From Pseudomonadota bacterium (GTDB lineage: Bacteria; Bdellovibrionota_G; JALEGL01; DATDPG01), in NCBI GenBank assembly GCA_043804515.1, contig JAZDIZ010000021.1:1-17088 (forward strand): a stretch of DNA of 17,088 bases. Direction: 5' to 3'. The notes below the pieces were generated by a model, which worked only from the letters and a program-made list of their open reading frames with translations, ran no database searches and was not told where the DNA came from. Position 1 is the first letter of the stretch, and each line of letters opens with the position of its first letter. Made by a program: the position numbers and the translations under genes. Shown in pieces: positions 1 to 7,929 of this stretch.

Positions 1-861
1 GAGCTTCTTAACCACCTTCATGAGGTCGAACGAAGAAAGCTCTTCGCTGAGAAGGGCTATGGGTCTTTGTGGGACTACGTCCAAAAGGCCTTGGGCTACA
101 GCGAAAACCAGGCCTATGAACGGATCTCGGCCATGCGCCTCATGTTTCGAAGCGACGAGGCGAAAACGGCTTTGGAGAGAGGAAAACTCACCTTAACCCA
201 GGCGGCTATGGCGGAGAGGCACCTCCGGGCGGAGGAGCGGGCCGAAGAAAGACCCTTTCCTACGGAGAGAGTGGAATCTCTGATCAGCCGGATTGAGGGA
301 TTGAGTAAGCGAGAGACCGAGAAGGTCCTTCTGAGAGAGGCTCCTGAAAGACCCCTTACATCCGAGACCGTCCGGCCCATCACGGCGGAGGTCAGCGAGG
401 TGAGGTTCCCGATCACCGAGGAGACCCGGCAAGCCATGGAGAGGTTCTGGGGCCTCAAAGGCCGATGCAGTGTTTCCGAACTCTTTTCGGTTTGTCTCGA
501 CTTCTATCTGAGCCAGAAGGATCCGAGCCGGAAGGACGAGAAGAAGACCTTAACCTTACCGGTAAGGTTGAAGACTCAACCCGACTCTTCGACCGACGCC
601 AGGCCTCCGACGCGGTATATTGCAGCTGACGCCAAACGAATGGTTCGGGATCGATCCAAAGGACAGTGTGAATATGTCGATCCAAAGAGCGGACGCCGAT
701 GCGAAAGCCGCTACCTTCTTGAGTTCGACCATATGGATCCGTACTGCTCGGGTGGCTCATCTAATGAAGAGAACATCAGGCACTTATGCCGCATGCACAA
801 TCAGTATCTTGCAGGAAAGATATTTCAGTCAGAAGCCAAAATGGTCTCGAGTAGCCTCTGA
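1..861 (+). CDS. HNH endonuclease with long helical (DUF222-like) N-terminus, 5'-truncated by the window edge
   Basis: The frame is open from base 1 (ELLNHLHEVERRKLFAEKGYGSLWDYVQKALGYSENQAYERISAMRL), so the TTG at 67 is not the true start. C-terminal HNH/Zn motif: QCEYVDPKSGRRCESRYLLEFDHMDPYCSGGSSNEENIRHLCRMHN. Confidence 0.85.
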   Translation, partial: ELLNHLHEVERRKLFAEKGYGSLWDYVQKALGYSENQAYERISAMRLMFRSDEAKTALERGKLTLTQAAMAERHLRAEERAEERPFPTERVESLISRIEGLSKRETEKVLLREAPERPLTSETVRPITAEVSEVRFPITEETRQAMERFWGLKGRCSVSELFSVCLDFYLSQKDPSRKDEKKTLTLPVRLKTQPDSSTDARPPTRYIAADAKRMVRDRSKGQCEYVDPKSGRRCESRYLLEFDHMDPYCSGGSSNEENIRHLCRMHNQYLAGKIFQSEAKMVSSSL

Positions 862-927
862 CCGCGGTCGGGGCGAGGGCTTCGTCTTCATCCCTTAAAC
901 AACCTTTCCTCTGCTTGGGACGCGCCG

Positions 928-952
928 CTGGCAGACTTCGATGCCAGTTTTT
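928..952 (+). terminator. Probable intrinsic terminator of the HNH gene
   Basis: Stem CTGGCA (928-933) / TGCCAG (942-947), 8-nt loop, followed by TTTTT (948-952). Confidence 0.55.
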
Positions 953-969
953 CCGCAGCCTGTTAATCC
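946..969. repeat. Orphan copy of the MITE right-end sequence
   Basis: AGTTTTTCCGCAGCCTGTTAATCC matches 6671-6694 AGTTTTTCAGGAACCTGTTAATCC at 21 of 24 positions. Confidence 0.6.
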
Positions 970-2796
970 CTATTTACGGATCATGGTCTGTGCGTTGGGG
1001 CGCAGGAGGCTGTTCACGAGGAGCTTCGCTGCGTCCAGGATGCAATCATCGGTCTCCTTGAACGCCGGATTGTCGGGCGTCCATTTGGGATCACACGATT
1101 GGAGGGATCTCCACGGAAGATCCTTGATCCGCGCACGGAGGCCGTCCATCAACCCGCTTGACCCCGCCGGTTTAAAATCGGAATCCCGCATGTCCAGCGG
1201 GTCGGGTTTCGGAATCACCAGATCCGGCGAAGCCTGCTTCCATTCGGCCATCGTTGCGGGAGCCGGCGCCTTTTCATGTTGATACCGGTTTGCGGGATCG
1301 TCCCCGACATCCAAGTCGGGAAGAATTCCGTCCAATTGAACCGAGGCACCGGTAGGGGAGAACCAGCGGAAGTTTGTGACAAAGACCGAACCTCCGACGG
1401 GAGGGGTATACGCGAGTTGACCCACGCCCTTCCCGAACGTTTTCTCGCCGACAATCAACGCCCGCTGGTGATCCCGAAGGGCGGCCGCCACCATTTCAGA
1501 CGCGCTGGCGGTCGACCGATCCGTCAGAACGACCACAAGCGCCTTATCACTGATATGAGGCTGGTCTCCTACGGTATAAACCCCTTCCCGTTCCAAGGCC
1601 TTGTTGTCCGTCACCGGACTTGTGTCCGGCGTGTCTTTCACGCCCACCGTGTGCCAAATCAACGAATGCGAGGGAACAAGGGTTTTTAAGATGGCGCCCG
1701 CTTGTTCGGATTGGCCCCCGCCATTTCCCCGCAGATCGAAGATCAGCGCGTTGATGTTTTCCTGCTTTGAAAGATCGCTTTGGAAGACACCGGACAACGC
1801 GTTGTTGAAGAACTGGCCTGCTTCCTCCGGAAGGAATGATGCGAGGCGGACGTAGCCCACTCTGTCGGTCGTGGAGATCGGGAGGAAGTGAGCGAGACTG
1901 AAATTATAGGGTCCTATGCGGGCCGTAACGGATTCGAGAGGCGCGTCGGGCTCGAGGGAGTGCTTCACCCACAACATGACTTCGCTCGCGTCGTCGAGCA
2001 CAAGGTTGATCCGAATCCAGGCACGCCAAAATCCCAGCTCGGATACGCTCTTTTTCTCGTCGTTTCGCGTGATCGCAAACACATACGTCGGAGTGCGCTC
2101 TGTCAGGGTCGCGGGTTGAAGCTCCGGAAGGTCCTTGTTGAACGACCCGTCGTAAAAACCGTCGACGACGAGGTAGTTCGGTTTTCGCCCCCCGTTCTTT
2201 GGACCCAAACCATAGTCTGTCCGCCAGAGAAACCGGATGCCCGCGCCCCGGATCGATCCGGCGATCCCCCGCGCGGCGGTGGAGGGAGGCACATAATTCG
2301 AATTCGCGTCGAGCGATCTAAAGAGCCAACGCAACGAACCCCACAACAATTGGGAGAAAAAATCGACGCCCTCGATCGCGGGATACATGGCGGTGACGTC
2401 GTGGAAGAGGGCACAGTCCGGTACCCTCCCTTGGAGCTTGGAAATAGCCGCTTGGGCGGCGGCCCGAACCTCCGCTCGCTCGTCCGTGGCCGCTTGCTCG
2501 GTCAGGAATTTCGTAAGACCCGACATGAGAAACTGATTCCTCTCGGAGGGTTTGTGCGTGAGATGCCGCATCAACGCATGATCGGCCGTGTTGAACGTTT
2601 GTTGGCATGCGAAGCGTTCCAAGTCGGCGAGGGCCGGTTCCGCTGTCGGTGGTTTTGTTTCGTTGCCCGCGTGGGCGGCTTGTTGCTTAGCCTCGGTCTC
2701 TGAATTCGCCTTCTTGGCACAGGCCGCTACTGAAAGAGCCAGGACAATCCCCAAAAAGAAGAGGGCGAAGCGGACTCTGGTTAGGAAGCGAAGCAT
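970..2796 (-). CDS. S41 family (CtpA/Prc-like) carboxyl-terminal protease, predicted lipoprotein
   Basis: Motifs DLRGNGGG, TASASE (catalytic Ser), GEKTFGKG (catalytic Lys) and GASVQLDGILPD. The ATG at 2796 gives MLRFLTRVRFALFFLGIVLALSVAAC, a signal peptide with lipobox, and is preferred over 2880. Confidence 0.88.
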   Translation of the reverse strand: MLRFLTRVRFALFFLGIVLALSVAACAKKANSETEAKQQAAHAGNETKPPTAEPALADLERFACQQTFNTADHALMRHLTHKPSERNQFLMSGLTKFLTEQAATDERAEVRAAAQAAISKLQGRVPDCALFHDVTAMYPAIEGVDFFSQLLWGSLRWLFRSLDANSNYVPPSTAARGIAGSIRGAGIRFLWRTDYGLGPKNGGRKPNYLVVDGFYDGSFNKDLPELQPATLTERTPTYVFAITRNDEKKSVSELGFWRAWIRINLVLDDASEVMLWVKHSLEPDAPLESVTARIGPYNFSLAHFLPISTTDRVGYVRLASFLPEEAGQFFNNALSGVFQSDLSKQENINALIFDLRGNGGGQSEQAGAILKTLVPSHSLIWHTVGVKDTPDTSPVTDNKALEREGVYTVGDQPHISDKALVVVLTDRSTASASEMVAAALRDHQRALIVGEKTFGKGVGQLAYTPPVGGSVFVTNFRWFSPTGASVQLDGILPDLDVGDDPANRYQHEKAPAPATMAEWKQASPDLVIPKPDPLDMRDSDFKPAGSSGLMDGLRARIKDLPWRSLQSCDPKWTPDNPAFKETDDCILDAAKLLVNSLLRPNAQTMIRK

Positions 2797-3005
2797 GGAG
2801 ACTCTGTAAACCACCGAAAAGTGCAAGGCCGATACCATCCAAGATTGGGGACGGAGGCCACCGGCACCCAAAATTATCATGTAATTTCAGATAGTTGACG
2901 AACGGTCAGGTTTTAGAACGAAGGCCTGCGGCACGCCTATCCGGTCCAAGTCTGTCCCAGAGGGGCCTCTTCCGCGGCCGCACAAGCGTGCTAGAAAGGA
3001 TCCGA

Positions 3006-3956
3006 ATGATTCAAACGCTGGTCACGGGCGGCGCCGGCTTTGTCGGATCGGCGATCGTAAAGAAGCTGGCTTTGGGACGTGAGAGCGTCCGCGTTCTGAC
3101 GAGACATCCTGAATCCATTGATCCCCGGCGGCGGACGGCCGGCACGGAGTTCTTCATGGGGGATATTTTTGACGCCCGCGCCCTTCGGGAGGCGATGAAG
3201 GGATGCAACGGATTGGTGATCGCCACGCAGTTCGAGAACGCCCCCTTTGAAAACCCACGGAAGGGGATGACGTATGAACACGTGGACGGCGAGGGAACCG
3301 AGCTCCAAGTGTCGGCCGCGAAGGAGACCGGCGTCGAAAGGATCATTTATATAAGCGGAGCAGGAACCCGGGAGGGGCGTTCGGAACCTTGGTTTCACGC
3401 CAAGGCGCGGGCGGAAAAGTCCGTGCGCGAAAGCGGGTTGAAATGGACGATTTTGCGGCCTTCATGGATCTACGGGCCGACGGATCGAAGCCTGAACCGT
3501 TTCGCGTCCTGGGCCCGCCTTTTCCCGATCGTCCCCATTGCCGGAGCCGGCCGGCAGAAAGTTCAACCGGTGTTCATCAACGACGTGGGGGAGATCGTGC
3601 GGTTAGTGCTCAACAACCCGAGGACCCACGGAATGGTTTTTGAGATCGGGGGCCCCCAGCTCCTCACAATGAAAGAAATCGTTAAGACCCTCCTTCGCGT
3701 GATGCGCAAACGCCGGATCGTCATTCCCATTCCTAAGCCGCTCGTGAAGATGGCGGCGGCGGTGCTTCAGTATCTGCCGGAAAGGCCCATCACATCGGGC
3801 GGCGTGGATTTCGTAACGATGGAGGAAGTGGTGGACAACCGGGAACTTCTCGAAACCCTCGACGCGCGATTGACACCGTTGGAAGACGGGCTGAGGACAT
3901 ATTTGGTTTCAAAATCAGGTCTCAGCGAAGACATTCTTCGCCGCCACGCAGCATAA
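3006..3956 (+). CDS. NAD(P)-binding atypical SDR, complex I NDUFA9-like / epimerase family
   Basis: TGGAGFVG Rossmann motif, K-A-x-AE, WTILRPSWIYG, QPVFINDV, FEIGGP. SD-like GAAAGGA lies just upstream of ATG 3006. Confidence 0.88.
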   Translation: MIQTLVTGGAGFVGSAIVKKLALGRESVRVLTRHPESIDPRRRTAGTEFFMGDIFDARALREAMKGCNGLVIATQFENAPFENPRKGMTYEHVDGEGTELQVSAAKETGVERIIYISGAGTREGRSEPWFHAKARAEKSVRESGLKWTILRPSWIYGPTDRSLNRFASWARLFPIVPIAGAGRQKVQPVFINDVGEIVRLVLNNPRTHGMVFEIGGPQLLTMKEIVKTLLRVMRKRRIVIPIPKPLVKMAAAVLQYLPERPITSGGVDFVTMEEVVDNRELLETLDARLTPLEDGLRTYLVSKSGLSEDILRRHAA

Positions 3957-3991
3957 CTTTTTGCGAACCTACTAGAAAGACAACAGTTTTC

Positions 3992-4020
3992 TTTACAAGT
4001 CCAAAAATCGCTGCAATCAT
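3992..4020 (+). promoter_or_regulatory. Possible sigma70 promoter for the beta-barrel gene
   Basis: TTTACA (3992-3997), 17-nt spacer ending in TGC, then AATCAT (4015-4020), inside an AT-rich intergenic region. Confidence 0.3.
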
Positions 4021-4100
4021 CCGCTTCAAGTGAAAGGGAATTCCCCCTTCTCAAACGGTTGCTAATAACCTATAAAGACAACCTTTCTGGAGGTTTAGAG

Positions 4101-4622
4101 ATGAAGAAGTTTTTGGTAATTCTATCAGTTGTAGCAGTAGCTGGCGCGATCAGCACCGCATCGGCGATGGATCGCACAGGTAAGATCGGTCTTGGTTATC
4201 AGGAAACATTCGGAGCTGGCGGTAATCTCGGGACGGCGATGGGCGAATGGTCCTTTAAGTATGGCTTCACGGACGTACTGACGGGCCAGTTCCTACTCGG
4301 CACCACCTACATCAACAAAGGCGGGCTGAAGGAAGTGGAATTCGGCGTTCGCGTGCTTTACAGCCTAGTGAAGAATGAGAACTCCGCGTTCTACACCGGT
4401 GCGGGCCTTCTGTATGAGAACATAAAGGACCAGCCGGACCAGATGCGCTTCAATCTCCCCCTGGGATTTGAAGTCAGCTTCGCGGGTCTACCGGAAGTCG
4501 GCTTCAGCGCTGAAGTCGGCCTTATGATCGACTATCAGAAGTCCGGAAAGGTCTGGAGCTTCAATACGGTCGGCGGCAGTATAGGCGGCAGTCTCGGACT
4601 GGGAGCGCACTACTACTTCTAA
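4101..4622 (+). CDS. Small outer-membrane beta-barrel protein
   Basis: SD GGAGG at 4089-4093; Sec signal MKKFLVILSVVAVAGAISTASA; alternating amphipathic Gly/aromatic strands; C-terminal BAM-type signal LGAHYYF. Confidence 0.8.
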   Translation: MKKFLVILSVVAVAGAISTASAMDRTGKIGLGYQETFGAGGNLGTAMGEWSFKYGFTDVLTGQFLLGTTYINKGGLKEVEFGVRVLYSLVKNENSAFYTGAGLLYENIKDQPDQMRFNLPLGFEVSFAGLPEVGFSAEVGLMIDYQKSGKVWSFNTVGGSIGGSLGLGAHYYF

Positions 4623-4646
4623 GCAGTTTTTTAGAAGTTGATGTTT

Positions 4647-4682
4647 GAAAAGGGGAGCGGGAAACCGTTCCCCTTTTCTTTT
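4647..4682. terminator. Bidirectional intrinsic terminator between the convergent beta-barrel and S8 genes
   Basis: GAAAAGGGGAGCGG-GAAA-CCGTTCCCCTTTTC followed by TTTT; GNRA loop, with an A-tract on the left and T-tracts on the right. Confidence 0.85.
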
Positions 4683-4691
4683 GCCCGAACC

Positions 4692-6173
4692 CTACCTTAA
4701 GAGATCCCCTTCGGGGTTGAGAGACGCCGCTATAAGTCTCGGCACAGCGCAATCCACCGCTTTTTCGGCATTGATGATGCCGTACCCCATTTTATTGTCG
4801 GGACGGTCCGCCTGGGACGCGGTCTGCGTCAAAGCGTAGCGGACTTGGTCCGGTGTCCAGTCGGGGTGAGCCTCAAGAAGCAGAGCAGCCGCTCCGGCCA
4901 CCAATGGGGCGGAAAAGGATGTGCCGTCAATCTGGCCGTATCCCCCGTCGGTCGCCACGACAACGCGCAGGCCCCGGGCCACGACGTCCGGCTTGATCCT
5001 TCCGTCGGCTGTGGGTCCCTGGGAGCTGAAAGCCGCCAATTCGCCCTTTCCGTTTACGGCCCCGACGGCAAACGCGCCGAGCGCATCCGATGGAGCGGAA
5101 AGCGTCTTTTCTCCCTTTTCTCCGTCGTTTCCGATCGAGTTCACGATGAGAATCCCGCGTTGAGCGGCCAGATTCGCGGCTCTGGAAATCATCAACGTCT
5201 GGCCGTCCAGGGAACTATAGGGATGATCGTCCGAAGGCCGGTCGAATTTCAGGTAGCCGAGGGAACTCGAAACGATATCCGCTCCCTGTGCTTCGGCCCA
5301 CTCGAGGGCCGCGATCCAATAATCCTCCTCCACGGGTGTTTCGCTGCGGGCGTCCTCCGTGCGTGCCAGAAGAAACGTGGCGCCGTAGGCGGGGCCGACG
5401 ACGTAGCCGGGCGCGTTCCCGCCCAGGACCGACCAAGTCATCGTGCCGTGTTTATCGTCGTAATCGTTCGGGTCGTTGGGGTTTCGCTCCACGCTCCCGT
5501 CCCCATGGACGAAATCCCACGCGGCCCGGACATTTGCGGACCGGAATGCCTCGTGCGACGCCTTAAAACCGACATCGAAGATGGCGACGATCACGTTTTT
5601 CCCCGTCAAGCCTCTCTGGTGCAAGGCGGGAACTCCGATCTGATCCAGTTGGGCTTGGGATAGGCCGTAGACGGGAATCTCCGGGGCCGGAGCCTCCTCC
5701 CGCACGATATGTCTTTCGACGGGTTTAGGTGCCGGGGCGATCCGCTCTTTTCTTCTTCTCGGCCCCGACCGAACTTCCTCGACTGCAAGGACAAAGGGAA
5801 GAATCCGGATCGCGGCGAGCTGCTCCTCAGTGGCTTTCACGCTTGTGGCATTGAACCACCGGGACGTGGTCCGGACTTTCGCGCCCAGAGCCTCCAGAGC
5901 TTTCCAATATATTGGGTTTACGGGGACGTCCCGATCGTCCGGCCGCGTAAAGCCGGCCTTCCATCGGCGACGGAGCACCTCCGCCACGAGCGGAATCCGG
6001 CTCGCGGCGGGCGACTTCTCCCTGAAGAATACCCACGCCGTGTGAACCCGTTTCGATTTCTTCTCAAAAACGCCGATGAATTTTTTTGGAAACCACGAAT
6101 CCGCGATGGCGAGAGAACCCCCCACCCCCAGGCACACGAGCACCCCGAGCAACCCGATCCGCAATCGACGCAT
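4692..6173 (-). CDS. Secreted S8 family (subtilisin-like) serine peptidase
   Basis: Signal peptide; prodomain (WVFFREK...SRWFNATSV); catalytic triad in IFDVGF, HGT and GTSFSAP; oxyanion-hole SIGN; GPTADGRIKPDV; ends GYGIINA. Confidence 0.92.
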   Translation of the reverse strand: MRRLRIGLLGVLVCLGVGGSLAIADSWFPKKFIGVFEKKSKRVHTAWVFFREKSPAASRIPLVAEVLRRRWKAGFTRPDDRDVPVNPIYWKALEALGAKVRTTSRWFNATSVKATEEQLAAIRILPFVLAVEEVRSGPRRRKERIAPAPKPVERHIVREEAPAPEIPVYGLSQAQLDQIGVPALHQRGLTGKNVIVAIFDVGFKASHEAFRSANVRAAWDFVHGDGSVERNPNDPNDYDDKHGTMTWSVLGGNAPGYVVGPAYGATFLLARTEDARSETPVEEDYWIAALEWAEAQGADIVSSSLGYLKFDRPSDDHPYSSLDGQTLMISRAANLAAQRGILIVNSIGNDGEKGEKTLSAPSDALGAFAVGAVNGKGELAAFSSQGPTADGRIKPDVVARGLRVVVATDGGYGQIDGTSFSAPLVAGAAALLLEAHPDWTPDQVRYALTQTASQADRPDNKMGYGIINAEKAVDCAVPRLIAASLNPEGDLLR

Positions 6174-6326
6174 ATCCCCCCCTACGACGACTACAGACTA
6201 CCTCGACTGGGTCCGAAAAGTAAGGGGAAAAATGCGGCATCCGCTCCCCATCCCCTCTGAGCGCGGACCTGCGACGACGCGTCCCGTCATCCCCCTTCTT
6301 CGAGGGGGCCTCCTAACTATTAAGCC

Positions 6327-6691
6327 TTAACAGGTTCCTGAAAAAGAGAGCTGTGCAGGAACCGGTCAACCCGAATGATTCAGGGAACCTGGTGAGTGAA
6401 CGCGGCTGGACCCCGCTCTCCGCTCATGGCTCGGACCGCAGGAACGGTCCTGCGCTTAACTTCGCTCCGAGCGGCATCCAGCCGCGGCACGGCCTCGACA
6501 AGCCACGCGGTGTTTGGGCTTGAATGGCGGGTCGGGGGGCTGCCGGAGCGGAGGTAAGGCGCAGGATCGCCGTGTTGGGGACACCCATCAGTGGGTGTCC
6601 CCCGTGATGCGATCCGAGCCACGGAGCGAAGGCAGTCACCCGGCACGCCTATCTCCTGCTCCTAAAAGAGAGTTTTTCAGGAACCTGTTAA
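6327..6691. mobile_element. Non-autonomous MITE-like element (about 357 bp plus flanking TTAA), highly self-complementary
   Basis: Perfect 19-bp inverted repeats TTAACAGGTTCCTGAAAAA (6327-6345) and TTTTTCAGGAACCTGTTAA (6673-6691). The TTAA at each end could be a 4-bp target duplication. No credible internal ORF; several nested internal inverted repeats. Confidence 0.8.
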
Positions 6692-6729
6692 TCCTTGGGC
6701 TGCGGACCCCACCGGCGCGTTATCGAAGT

Positions 6730-7665
6730 CTACGGATTGGAGTGGAGCTTGCTGGCGACACCGGCGTCGCTCAGATCCTCCGTCTGCTCCCGTCGGTAGT
6801 TGCACGAATCCTGCGGTTTCGCGAGGATGGCCTTCATCCTGGACTGGTCGAATTTGTCCGACGCGTCGCGCGGTTTGAGAGCCAGACCCTCCTTGAGAAT
6901 CGTCACGCCTTCGATAGCCAGCTCAGGCCGGCTTTCATCTTGCGCATAGCATAGGGAGGCGACGGCCTCTTCCAGCAGCAGCATCGGTTCTTTGAGGAGC
7001 GAGCCGTGCATGGCTTCTCTCATCCAACGGTAGGCCTTCTCTTTGTTCCCCCGTATTCCCGCGAAAAAGCGGAACCACCACGAATCAGGCATGACCCTGT
7101 ACAGGATCGCCCGCAGGATCTCCGTCAGCTGGCGGGTCGTGACGTCCGAATTCATGTGCTTGAAATCGGAAGGAAGACTCATGGCCAGATCCCATTCGTG
7201 GTCCATGGGAATGAGGACCTGAACGCTCTTGAGGCTGACACCCCACGTGGAAGCCTGCATGGCATAGCAGCCCCCCTTCAGCATGTGGCATTCGGCATTC
7301 TTGGGCGCCAACCGCAGGCAACGATCGGCATCCTTGTGACACTCTTCGGCCAAGTCCAATCGTTTCTTTTGGAGGAGGTCGTGCTGTTCGTGTGACAGAA
7401 GGAGCGCTTCCCTCCGAAAGAAGGCCAAGCGGGCGCGGGCCCACCACAGGTAGGGCTCATCGGGGGCCACCTTCTCCAGCTGATTCAAAGTTTCCTCGGT
7501 GCGATCGTAACGATCCGACCGGTCCGCCTGATAGAAAACGGCCTCCACCTGTTCGATCAAAGCCTTCGCTTTGGGGCCTGAAACGGGGAGAGGAGTCTTC
7601 GTCGCCTCAAGTGCCTCCGCCCGAGGAATCAGCAGAAACAGAAATGCACACAAAAGCCGAAGCAT
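6730..7665 (-). CDS. Secreted all-alpha TPR-like hypothetical protein
   Basis: The ATG at 7665 gives a Sec-type signal MLRLLCAFLFLLIPRAEA. TPR-like helical pairs include LEKVAPDEPYLWWARARLAF, CLRLAPKNAECHMLKGGCYA and ILKEGLALKP. The upstream extension to 7878 looks non-coding. Confidence 0.65.
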   Translation of the reverse strand: MLRLLCAFLFLLIPRAEALEATKTPLPVSGPKAKALIEQVEAVFYQADRSDRYDRTEETLNQLEKVAPDEPYLWWARARLAFFRREALLLSHEQHDLLQKKRLDLAEECHKDADRCLRLAPKNAECHMLKGGCYAMQASTWGVSLKSVQVLIPMDHEWDLAMSLPSDFKHMNSDVTTRQLTEILRAILYRVMPDSWWFRFFAGIRGNKEKAYRWMREAMHGSLLKEPMLLLEEAVASLCYAQDESRPELAIEGVTILKEGLALKPRDASDKFDQSRMKAILAKPQDSCNYRREQTEDLSDAGVASKLHSNP

Positions 7666-7929
7666 AAAGAAACGTATACATTTAACCGACACCGCGGGTT
7701 TCTCAAAGCCAAACGATGTGTCTTCCCTTCCTTCGAGAGAGGACATCGCCGTTGCGGGATGGACCTCGAAGCGCGAAACGGGCCTCTCATGATTGAGTCC
7801 CCCTTTTTCTGAAACATAGCCTTCGCGCGGGAGACCGGCTGGGGGTCCCCGTCCGAAAACCTGAGGATGGGGGTGCACGGCCGGTCAGGACCCGCAGCGA
7901 ATACCTTGTTCAAAACCAGGAAGAATGGA

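Noticed and set aside
6291..6308. CCCCCT-TCTTCG-AGGGGG hairpin upstream of the S8 gene
   Set aside because: Short single copy with no U-tract; cannot be distinguished from chance or a decayed repeat.
6331..6687. tmRNA, RNase P RNA or CRISPR interpretation of the ~360-bp structured region
   Set aside because: It lacks tRNA-like tmRNA ends, the RNase P GAGGAAAGTCC motif and any repeat-spacer periodicity. The terminal inverted repeats fit a MITE better.
6380..6954. Small ORFs within or across the MITE and other overlapping shadow ORFs
   Set aside because: No motifs or ribosome-binding sites; expected by chance at this GC content.
7629..7929. Possible c-di-GMP riboswitch or small Cys-rich ORF between the DGC and TPR genes
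   Set aside because: No recognisable riboswitch consensus, only an imperfect hairpin near 7716-7749. The small ORF overlaps the TPR gene start and has no motif support.
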